DNA of 64,000 nt from Tubiluchus corallicola (lineage: Eukaryota > Animalia > Priapulida), in the NCBI GenBank assembly GCA_030141605.1, contig JAQGDQ010000428.1:124001-188000 (forward strand), in the 5' to 3' direction. The notes below the pieces were generated by a model. That model did no database searches, was not told the origin of the DNA, and was given only the letters and a program-made list of their open reading frames with translations. Positions within the stretch are counted from its first letter, which is position 1, and each line of letters starts with the position of its first letter. A program made the translations under genes and the position numbers. This document shows, piece by piece, positions 1-12,700 of this stretch.

Positions 1-776
1 TCCCAAAAAAGCTTAATTAAATTTTTCACAAAACCGTATTGGAAGAAAGCTCGTTCAACTGCACGGCAACCCTAACAACACCCCTCTGAAGACCAGAAGT
101 TTTTTGTAGCAAGACAGTACTGTATTTCTTATTGTGAAAATTAATATGTATTGTACACTTAGTCACGTAGATGTACACTGAAAATTTGACACTGAAACAG
201 ACCTTGTAAAGCACTTAATTGATGGCACTCTGAGTAAATTTGGCAGATTTGAAAGTTCATATAATGTACTTCAAGTTTTGACAAGTTTGAAAGTTATTTC
301 CCATTTGCCACTTAATTCTTTGAGAGATAAGTCACTGTGGAAGAGTGATGTTAAATTCCTCTTCAAATTCAGCTTGACTGTATAGAAATAAATGACTCGC
401 GTTGCCTAGTTAGTATCTAAGCAGTTTCTGTATGAATAGCTATTTTGCATCTACCTAATTTGCATTTTCTTATCTATTGAACAAGCCTATAATATTTAAG
501 ACATTAATAATTTACATCTTATGTATACAATTTAAATTTGCATAGTGATGCAGAAAACTGTCACAATGCTGAAAGAAGGATTCAAAGCTGAATACAGCAG
601 CTCATCTACAAAGCATTGCTAAACTACAAAGCAAGTAACAAAATCCAGTTAGCTAAATTGTCATCTATCCAGTAGCAAAATAAGTTATACCACACTCACT
701 TTACAAACGCATCTTAACCAAGCATAGTTACTGTAAATAAGTCAATAAGTAAGCGCAAAACATATTGAAAGACTTG

Positions 777-3700
777 TCACTGAAATCTCACACCATTAGG
801 ACTGGCAGAATTATTGTTTGAGGAGTTTGATCGAGACACTAGACTGTTGAGAGAGTTTGTACTTCCTGATGCATTTACGTGTGGAAGTTTGTCAAGAACC
901 GACTTTGCACATTGACCTGGAAAATATAGATTTATAAAATGGAAATGTTTGCATAGTAAAAGACTAGCTAGTGTAAGCCTAAGCTGACCAATAGCTTTCA
1001 AAAGTATTTCAGTATCTTAACAATAAAATAATGCTAATTTTAATTATATTGCAAAGTAATTTAGCAAAGAAATTGCAATCGAATCCCGATAATATGATTC
1101 AGCTTACAACAAAACTCCCAGTAGTACGATGATTTTATTATATTCCTGCAAAGGTTATAATAAAACCTATATGATCACTGATGATTACTGCAAAATGCCG
1201 CCTTATACAATGTTTTCCCAAAGTCCCGCCAGTATAATTTTAACCTAAGCAAACACTTGTAATCAGATTTTCAGTTTGATGATTATTGATTATTGACTTG
1301 TTCGGTTCTAATGGAAACAGCTCTGATGACGGATGGTTAAATAATTACCGATATGTTCACTGGTCAAAAGATGACCAGCATAGAGACTACTGATGTCAGT
1401 AAATTTCTGCTACTTCACATTAGAGTAATTTTGACTTCTAGTAAAAATGCACATAATGGATAGTACAAAGTACGCTTAATATGAAAAATATTTTGAAAAT
1501 TGTATTACCAGGATTCGACTTACTCATAATATTTAATTTTAGCATAAACTACATGATCTAGACTGTTAGTACAACACAACAACAACACTTCTGAAAAGCT
1601 TTCTTGAAAACAGGTGCAGTGTCCCTATTAAATACGACTGGACTGAAAATATATATAATGAACCGACAAATCAGAAAAATGATTTTTTAACTAAAAACCC
1701 AGATTTCTTTTAACCAATCACCACTAATCTAAAGAAATATAAAAACAATCTACTAGGACACATACAAATGCTCAACAATAAACACAATTCGTAAATAAAA
1801 ACACGTGATGCAATTATGTTACATAATTAACAACATTAAATTTCACTAATTTCTTTCAAAAAAAAAACAGCTAATTTTCACAAAACAGTCAATTGTAAAA
1901 ATGCAACTTACATCACGTCAAAACTTCCAAGCTACTGAGCAAAACAAAATTAATGAAACTATAGCAATCACACATTAATTTCTATAAATAGTAAAACTTA
2001 TAATTTAAAATAAATAACTTTTTCATTTAATGAAATATCCAGAATAACTCTTACGATTTTTCATCACAATACGTTTCATTCAAGCTTTCTCGCTTATTCA
2101 TATGCTAAATTTATTTCAGATAATTTTAGAGAAACAAAAAGGGAAATGATGTTCTTCTACGCTCTTGTCTAAATGTTTTTCTAAATTATCACGGTTATGT
2201 ACTTCAGTATTTCAATTTTGCCATTATATGATATAGTGATCCGAAGAAGAGAACAAGCATGTTCCTAAAACGCCATCAGATACAATAAAAACATTTTTAT
2301 GCGATTTTACGTAAAATGTTTTCCTAGTGTTTTACGATGACTGGTTAATTAAAAACAGTGTTTATCGAATTTGAATTTGGATAAATACTATGTAGCTAGG
2401 CATAGAAAACAATAAAATAAAAAAAACTTACTTCCATAATCGAGTCCAGAAAAAATAGAAGTGGTATCATCTTCATCTGAATCATGGCTGCCGCTGCGGA
2501 GATTCGATTTAGAGAAACCTAAATATATGAAACAAAATTATTTGCCTCCGAGTCAGTGAATTTCATAGTTTATTTGCTCAATTCATGACAGTTGTTTGCA
2601 TGAGTAAGTTGATAACTACATTTTGCTTTAATTACCTTGTTTTTTCTGATTGTGTGAAATAGATGCTATACTTTACTGCTTGATTTGTTTACTTGTAATT
2701 ATACTGTTTCGTTTTATTTTATTTGATTTCATTCATAGTAAATACGTGTCACTTGTAATTTTAATATCTCCATTGAATAATGATGGTTTGACTAGATGAC
2801 AGCTTTTGGTCTATCGCCATCCCCTTTTCATATTGTACTAATTATGATGTTAGGACATAAGAAAATAAACAAACGAATTTATAGTAAACAGAAAAGTCAA
2901 TAACAAGATTTTAGATTTCAATCAAAATGCAATATTCTCATTAAGAAGTAGGTGCTGGATTTAAGGATTTACTTGTCATATTTAATAGGATAACATTGGT
3001 TGCTTGTAAGCAACGCACTAGGAATGCAGTATCTATAAAGGGCAGCACAGAATTATTGGCAGGGCTAGGTACCGCCAAGAGAAAGCTTCCTCATTTATAG
3101 ACAGTACTTTAATTATGAGAAACAATGATCACAAACACAGTACAGTAAGTCCTTGTTTAACGAAGCTAATATGTTCCAGCAAAATGCAATGTTAAGCGAA
3201 ACATCGTTAAACGAAGCCAAGACTTCCACAGAAAGTAATGTAAAAGAATTGAGATACGTTCCAGAGGCAAAAATCAATGCTGGTTAAATTATGTAACATA
3301 AACATTTTAGGAGTTTTATTCACATTTCTACTGACTAATTTCTTTCTGCTTAATTGAAACCACCTATATATCTTACTACTACCTAGCTATATCAGATTCT
3401 CTTTCATTAGTGTTTAAGTCTAGGCAGCGGTTAAACAATAAACACTGCACAGTCAAAGCCAAGCTCTGGGCGACCTTGGGAATTTTATCTAGATACTTGT
3501 TTGGTTGCTGTAGCAACAGGTTGCATCCACAAAGTTTGCTCCCAGGTCTCACTTGATATAAACTGCTAGCATTTAGTCGGCAGTTGGAAGAGCAAAAATA
3601 TATATAATAATTACGCAGTTTACGTAATTAGTACATTTTTAGCACAGAATAATGCAATATGTGCTCTTTTAATGCATCAAATTAGGTTGATAAAAAATAA

Positions 3701-6700
3701 AAATTTGCCTTGAACAAAGTAAAAAAATGTCATTAAAGTGGAACATGTGTTGTTAAGTGAAAAAGGTGTCAAATGTTCAATGTCATTAAAAGGAAACATC
3801 GCTAAATGGGAGTCATTAAGCGAGGACATACTGTACTATTATCACAGCTATTCCTCCTTCATCAAGAAGAGTGTTTTAAAGATCATCATTAATCATTAAT
3901 CAGATCATCATTTTATTACGTCAAAAAATTTTATTCGCAAAAACTGATTTACCTCGCCTCCTAGAAGCTATTAAATGTTCATCTACTGACAGAGTTTTGC
4001 GTAGCGCATCTGCCCCTGGATTTATGCGAATTGGAAGTCCAAGCAAATGCTCAATTTGCTCCCATCTGGTTAATCTTTCCTGAAGATCATTGGTTACTTC
4101 ATACAAGGCCTGCCTACAAATAAAAAAATGGCTAAGGTTAAGAATTTAATACATGACAAGCGCATTTTTATGCAAAAATAATTATTTAAAGATTTAGTAA
4201 CTAAAAATAATAAGTTCCTGTTATGTAAAGGACAAGAAACCAGAATTTTTACACAAAGCTAAAAAAGTTTGTCTTGAAATTTTGCATCACTTACATTACA
4301 CGCTGCCTTACAAAACACGGAGCTTATATTAGCAATAATGCTGTATAAACTTGTAAATTTAAATTCCCACAATGACAATTAAGGCACATACATTTTAACA
4401 GTCAGTTCCTGAAAGTTGATTTTGTAAAAGTTGGAATAAATAATCAGAGCGCTCGTAGTCGAAACTGCACTAACTAAGCACAAGTACAAATTATTTTATC
4501 TTGTCAAGAAAAAAATTAATATGCTTTTTGGGTGAACCAGTGATGTTTTAGCAGTTTTTGGACAAACATTTTAAATTATTAAGAAGTTTCTTTTCCAGTC
4601 ACGTAAGTCTTTCAAACAAACAAGAGTAATGCTAATATATCTAACTCTGTATGGAAAGCTTTTTGGGGTATACTTCAGAATTTCTGTTTCTTTCCTTTTC
4701 AGAATTATGCAACAAATGTTTAGTGAACTAATATATAAAATTAACTGAATTATCATTATAGCCAATGATAATACTTAACTGCAGTTGTTTAAAGCAGCAT
4801 ATTAGGAATTTTGCAAAACTAAGGTGCATATCATTAATTAACCATTTTTATTAACTAGAAACTTTTTAATTAATTTTAATTAAAATGAACACTGACCAGC
4901 AGTGGACGGGGTCTTAAAACCAGCCCGAGCATCCCTAATCCTAAGCTTATGACTAACCTTAACTATATGGGTATACTCTATGATATAAAAAGCATATCTG
5001 GAAAGAACAACAACAATAGGTTGTATTTTTGAAGTTTTGGCGACTCATAGTGATCATGCAGGTCAGACCAATACAGGCCCGACAGGCAGCATTAGATCAA
5101 AACCAACCGAAGCCGGGTCAAATACCAAAAACCCAGATTGTACTACACATCTGACGAGTGAATTTATTGATGTAAAAGACAAATGCTTGTTTTTTTTAAC
5201 CATTATCGGTACTTAAATTTCGGAAAACAATCGCCTCAGCATATATTGCTGAAATAAACATAGCCAATCACCATAGTTCATAAGATGTCGTGACAAAAAA
5301 TATCACGTGTTATTTTGATATGTTATTGGCTATTTCACGTGAAATTTATTTCACATAACACCTAGTTGTAATAAAACCATTTTAATTTTCTTATGTCAAA
5401 ACCATCTAACTTTCTAAAGTCTTCTATTTTAGAACAAATTTTTCAGTATTTTTTTATCCAGCCAAGCAGCCTCAGCCCACTGGGCATCGTCCAAATGACT
5501 GTATGGCCACTTATTTGGCCAGTCCATCCCTGACACTGGCTATAACTTTAAAAACAGAGTGCAAAAATAAAACTGAATATTTCTTGAAAAAAGGAAGTAG
5601 CGAAAACATCGCCCGAAGATTTGTTACCATTAAACAACATTTATCCAATTTCCGCTGTGAAATGGTAATTAGTTGTAGCAACTTGTGCTAGCTAATGGCA
5701 AAAACTGTTTGTGCTACGAAATGACAGCTTTATTAGAATATCATTCATAATTAGCAATTTTTATTGCCTTTTTCATACCTGGCACCTCTGAATGAAATTT
5801 AATTATATTAACTGCTTCAATGCACTGCACACAATGCAAAACAAATAAAATAACTTACCTTGCATTTATAATACGCTGATCTACATCATCAACGGAGCTC
5901 ATGTGAGCTATTCTAAATGAACCCAGCAAGGACATTTTCTTTTTATTGATGCGCTCACACTGCAGAATAACGTAATTTACAGTAACATAATCAGCAATTA
6001 ATTAACAATCAAACAACGCAAAAGATAACGAAATTCAAGTGCAATCAAAAGTACTCTGTTCTTTACTAAATGCAAATCTTGTGACAAGGTACATTAGGTG
6101 GCATGTTTCATTAGATGACAGTGTTCCATCTATCGTTATTAGTTTGCGATAATAGTACCAGAATTTTTTACAATTTGTTGAAATTTGTGGATCACAAGTC
6201 AAAAATATGTATAAGGTTTTTTAGGTCAAGATGCCGGGCTATTAATACAAGCGTTAAGATGCAAATTTTATACATATATACATACAGCTATGTCGGCATT
6301 TATGTCATATATATATATGTATATATATCCAACAGCACAAAATTAAAATCTGGTCTTCCACTTTAATCATTTGTAAAAAAGAATAACTGTTTTTTCGCCT
6401 AGTAAATTCAAGTTGCGGATGCTCGTTTTTAGTGCAGAGCCCAATTTGGGAAAATCTGATATAACCTGACCCAATTCAGACGTTTACATTAATATTCCCT
6501 TCGCTGTTTCGGACATGTAGCAACATCAATAAAATGTAGCAAAGATACTTACAGCTTCTTTAGCATTCCGAAGTGTTTTTTCTGCGGTTTGATATTTCAT
6601 GCTGTAGTTGTGCCGTTCTATTTCGTGTGTTAGTTGCAGCCACATCTGAAGCTGTGGCAATGCCTGTCTCACCTACCAGCATAATAATAATTAAAATTTT

Positions 6701-9700
6701 AAAAGTAATAGTTTTTTAAATGTTTTTGAAGATAATGAAAGTTAAAGAAAGATTGTCAAAGAAAGCGCAAAAGTCAAACCTTTTCCAATTTTTCTTTTGT
6801 TTCCCCAATCTCATCTTCATGGTTTAGACTTTTCTCCGATTTTTCTTTTTCATCTTTCTCCTTGTCACACAACCTAAAGAGAAAAATTAAATATAATAAT
6901 GAAACTAGTTTAAATGTAATAGAAGATCAGCAGTTGTAGCAGGCTTTTAGACCTGGTCTTTACATACATTCGCAGTTTGTACTAACCGAGCTACACACAT
7001 TCTAGATAATTAGCTACATCTTCCATTGACTGGCAGGATTAGTTCCTAAGCTAAACACTAAACCCCTAAAATATAAATTACTGAAGTAATACAAGAACTT
7101 CATTTAAATCGCCATGCAAATATCTTCAACAAGCCCATCACGTGGTATTTAATCAACGTGAACAGAAACTAACACCCAACAAAAACAAAAACAAGCAAAC
7201 CTGTACATCAAGAGCCAGCAAACACACTTAACAATTCTTAGTTTTTTATGTAGAAAAAAACAAGAATTTGATGAAAAATTATAAGGTAAATTAAGCGAAA
7301 AAAAATCATAATCTAACATCTGACATATTGCTCGTACTTTTTTTGTAATTCGCGTAGTTTTCTTTCGGCATTTTTCAAATCGTCAAGATCCTTTGACATC
7401 TTTGCAATGTATCTGACAGATTTGTGATGACTCTGGTACCCATGGAATCCATACCAAAACCCTATCAGGGCAACCATTAAAGAAAAAGCCAGTGCGCAGA
7501 GAATTTGTAAGCTGAGTTTAACTGCAACAAAAATATGACATCGAAAATGTGAGCACAACTGTGGTAAAATGAACCAATAAAACAGTACGATAAAAATCAT
7601 AAAATTACATGTAATCATAATAATCCTTAACTATACGGAAGCTAGATTGGCAAAAACGTGCACCAATGAAAGTAATGCCATTGTTGAAGCACTAGTCAGT
7701 AGTCGTGACAAAATATGACAAGTCAGATAACATTAAATACTTTTAGTATTTTTAAAATAATAAGCTTTTTGCCAAATTTACTGTTGCTTAATTATGAATT
7801 CTGAGAATAATGACAATAATTTATACATACATTTTGGAGGACCAAACAGTACAAAATCTTGTGCTTTAATTCTGATTTTCTGCCTGTCCTTGCTACTGTT
7901 AATTCGTAGGTGGTCCTTTAAGAAGAACCCAACACTGTCTAATTTATCAGCTGCAATTCTGAAAAAAACAGATTCAGCTTTTCAGCATTTCACAAGTAAA
8001 CTTTTCGTAGACTAGTTATTAGTTAGAGTTAGTTTAACACAGTTTTTATTAAGTTTATGTGGTCGAGAGGTTACGTGCACATGCTTAACATGAATGGCTC
8101 TTGACCACCATGGGTTCACAGTGAGCACTCTGAACAGTTTGATTTGTCGTGACTATTCTGGGTGTTTAAGTCTGAGAGAGGGAGTCTAAACATCCAAGCA
8201 TAGCTGGAATGATTCAGTGGTTCACTTTAGAGGGACATCTAAGACATTGACGATGTCCACAATAATGAGGCAGGCTCAGTTCATGCACAAACATCTCGTT
8301 GAGTAGGCCCTGTCACAGAGCGCTAGATTCCGGTCTGCAAGATTCCTTTTGCAATACAATCTAACAATACAACATTACTTGCTCGAGTGCTCCTTATATA
8401 CGGTTATCAGAATGAACCTTCAGGAGAAACTAACTCGACTACATCAAGAAAATGTTTTCCCATTTAATATAAATAACTTGAGTAATCAACTGAAAATTTC
8501 AATATTTCTTTTCAGATCCTCTCAACTAAGCCACGACTAAAATGTTATATTGTTTCAAACTGCTTAAGATTATATAAAATCTACCCATTGTTTTTCATCA
8601 ATTGATTGTATGTAGTATATTATTAATTTAACATCAATATTTAATTCATTACTAACACTTAATAGCCATGCATCACATTCTGTAACATGCATTTGTTTTG
8701 CATTACAGCCTAAGGTATTATTAATCAGTCGTGTATAACTGCATACCAAAGGTTACGCTTAAATAAAATATGTTTGGACAAAAAAAGATTCCTTTGTAAT
8801 CTGCCAAAGTGTATAAAACAAGGAAACCTACCTCACAGAAAATACATTTTTTACAAGAATAAATGCATTCACAAAGAATGAATTATCATGATTTGTTTAC
8901 TTAGCCTTTTAAACAAATGCATTGCATGTGCCATATCATTAAGATGTGGGTACGTCAAGTGAATTTGTATCACCAGTAACATCAAACTCTCTTAGTATCG
9001 CAATTTTCATCTGAAATCGCTGCTTAATTTTGCTATCCAGGATAAAAAATGTAAGCTGTTACTTTGCAAGCATGTGACCATCGATGTTATTTTCTTGAAA
9101 AATGCTGGCATACTGGGGTAATTCTACGTGGTTTACTAACCAGTCAACTACTTCCACCACAGTCCATTGTCGAACTGCAAAAAAGTAATGAAGATTTAAA
9201 AGAAATAATGTCAAATTCTGACACGTTTTCCAAAAACAACTTCAACAGAAGCTCAATGCTCTTATGATAAGTATTTACATCAAACTTTAATATGTCGCTT
9301 CTATAATGTTACACTAGGCAGTGATCTAGTCACGTAAAAAATTTGACAAATAAAAATAACTTAAGTGCCATACCTGAACTATTAACCCATGTACACCAAA
9401 TGTCTTTGGCTGTGACTTTCGTTTTGTTATTCAGAAAACTTTTCTGGCGATTTCCAATATCTTCCGAAAGTTCGTCTCGGATGAACTAAACAAATTGAAT
9501 ACAATAAAACATGTTACAAAAAAATCCAAGATGAATAGTGAAAATTGACTAGAAGGAATTGAAATTAAATGCCGATGTAAACAACACCATAACCACAAAT
9601 ATAATTAATAAATATAAGCAGCTATCAGTGTGTTTCACGTTTCAGTGGTTAGAAACTTAAATGGATCACCACTGTCAGGCTCTTAAAGCATTAGAAAACA

Positions 9701-12700
9701 CTAATCTTACATGAAGCTAAAAAATGCGTCTTGAAATTTTGTAACACCTACATGTTGTTTTTTTGGACTTGTGTTAGCAGCAACACTTTAGAAAACTTGA
9801 AAATTTAAACTCCCGTGATGACTGTCAGGCACACCTAATTTAACAGTAAGTCATTTGAAACAAGCTTAGATAACATTGTGTAAAGTTCGAAAAAACAATC
9901 AGAGCATTCATTTTACACTCCACTAACTTGGTGAACCAGTGATGCTTTACTAGCAGGTGGGAACATTTTAAATTGTTAAGAATTATTTTTGCACTTATGT
10001 GTCTTTCCAACAGGTCAGTGCAATACAGAGCAATCTAACCTTGCATGGAAAGTTTTTTGAGACGTACTTTAAAATTCCATTTTACTCCCCCTTAGCTGCC
10101 TGTTTCACAGTTACGTCAAAATACTACCAGTCTGTAGCAGCTTTAAATGGGATTGTACATTGTTTTATGGCAATAAACCGGAAAAGTCAATTGTAGTCAG
10201 GCTGTCAGTGTACCATATATATATATATGTAAATGCTATATGTGTGCTTGTAAACAAAAAACATCCGTAAGTCGGCATAGTTAAAACTACAGTATGATGC
10301 TTCAAAGTAGAATACACCAACATTTTTGTCTAGTGCTAATTTTTTGTTTTATATTAAAATAAATGCTAAATATGTTGGACTTTTATATTCTACCATCAAA
10401 TTACCAAGAAAATGTCCAAAATGTAATAAAAATTTAATAATATAACCCCGAGCCCATTTTTCTGCCTAAAAACTACTACTGCTATTGCAAAAAAATTGTA
10501 TTTTAAAACTCCGATAGTAGCTCGTGGAAGCAGTCATTTTGCTTCGAGTTTTTTCTGTTGTCAAGCCTAAAACTTCGTCAGGAAGAGCCATCTACTGGGA
10601 TTCAAACATAACTTCAATGTGCTCTTATAAAGTCCATAGCAACCACACTTTCGTATGCTAAGTGTCTTGTAGAGACGCGACAAAAAACAATGGCTGACTT
10701 TAATGGTGATTTTCTCAGGTTATGTTTTTCAGTACGTAGAGTGTAACTCAACTTCAACGTGGATTGTCTCAGTTTAGAAATAACATACAGCGATGAGCTT
10801 GGTATCAAAATGATCATCATAAAATGGAGATGCAGGGTATGTGAATAACTAGAAAACGTTAATAGGCGACTTATGGACGATTTTGCTATTAAAGCACACA
10901 TATGTAAAACTATGAAGAGCAGATCTAACCTCTGTAGTTTCACTAGTGTCAACGCTGCCATCATTATCATCATCAAGATGTTTATGTAGATCAGCTAACG
11001 CATTGCAGCCTTCCCTATCTTTGGCACACTCTTCATCACACAGTGATAATGTTGGCACTGAAACACAACATCACAGAATGTTAAAATTTGTACTGAAAAC
11101 ATAAAATAAATAAGAACAATTAAAAATTGTCAAAGCAGGAAATGTTTTTTGTAATTATATATTAACATAATTACACAAGAAGATTTGCAGAGATTTCTGA
11201 TTTAAAGCACAAGAAAACACTATTATCACATAAAGCAAAAAAAATCATCTTGAAATATGTATCATATACAAGCTGTCTTATTGCACACAGAACTCGTATT
11301 AGTAGCAATGCTGTAGAAAACTTCAAAATTTAAGCTCGCGCAATAGCCATTAGATGCCGCCATTTTAACGGTAAGTTGTTTGAAACAACTTTAGATAATT
11401 CTGAGTAAAGTTTGAAAATGAAAATCACAGCATTCGTAGCTCACATGTCACTAACAAAACACAAGCATAAACTACTTTGTCTTGTCAATAAGATTAATAA
11501 TATGCTTTTTGGTGAGCCAGTGACATTTTTAGTGCACACGGGGGATGAGCCAATGCCATTTGATCTGTTGGTATAAATATTCTAAATGACTAAGAATTTT
11601 CTTTTCCAGTTACATTTAGTCTTACAAGTAAGCATTATGCATGGTATTATAACTTTGTATGGCAAGTTTTTTTTAAACAATATTTTCTTCACCTTTAAGC
11701 CATTTCTCTTCAGTTTGTAATACTAACCGAATAACAGCGATTATAAAAGTCTGTTACCTCTAGGAGGTCCAAATAATACAGCATCCATGGCTTTTAAGTT
11801 AATCTTCTTCCTATGAACAGGGCTATTTACACCCAAACCTTGCAAAAAGTTGTGCTTGTCCATGGCTAACCTGTTCAAACAACATATAAGTTAAATTTCA
11901 AAACTAAAATTCATCTTTCAAGAAAACAAAACACAAAGTATTCAAGTTAGATAGGTTAGCTCATTGTGAAATAGTTTAATGTGAGCTGACACGCATGTCA
12001 AAATTGAATTACCTGGGAAGGAACAAACCAGAGACCCTATTAGCGATAAACAGTTTTGCATACTGTGGTAACTCTACGTGGATTGCTAACCAGTCTGCAA
12101 CCTCTTCAGGACTCCAACTTCGAACTGCAACATAAATTACATTTTGTCGACAGTCAATTCATTGCCTTCAGAATTCTGAAAAATTTTACTCAAATAATTG
12201 ACAAATTGAATTTTAAATTTTGTAGCTTATAAAACTGGATGTCTGAAAAGTTTTACTCAAATAAATGATAAATTGAGTTTTAAATTTTATATCTTATAAA
12301 ATTGGATGGTAGACACATGCGTGTTTTGATTTCATCTTTTTTCTACTAAATATTGCAATTGGTTTAACTACATTTTTGCAAACTTATTTTATTTTGTAGC
12401 TATTATTAGTCATGTTACCTTGGCAATAAGTTTTTAGAGAACAGTATTTTTGCAGGCTGCCGAGATCTGAGAAGGCAGGAAGGTTTCACATAACTTCCTG
12501 TGATTTACAGGGCGATATTTTTGTAAGCACAGCAGCGGACAATAACATCTTTCGCTCTCTCTTGTTTATATTTTCACACTCACATAGCACCACAAACATT
12601 ATAATGAAACCCCAATGTGAAAACTAATTGTGCCTATTCTGCACACTGCACAGCAATACTACAGTGCTTGTTCAGAGTTCAAAAACCATCGTTACATACC

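Larger units (their letters stand above)
7831..11057 (-). other. STIM: STIM EF-SAM module B (4 exons, 480 nt, phase 1 to phase 1)
   Basis: CDEEC..GCNALADLHKHLDDDNDGSVDTSE / FIRDEL..KDIWCTWVNSS / VRQWTVVEVVDWLVNHVELPQY..GHMLAK / IAAD..DRQKIRIKAQDFVLFGPPK. Confidence 0.93.

Noticed and set aside
1323-1395. TGATGA...CTGA resembling a C/D snoRNA
   Set aside because: It is on the strand opposite the host gene, with no terminal stem or recognisable guide.
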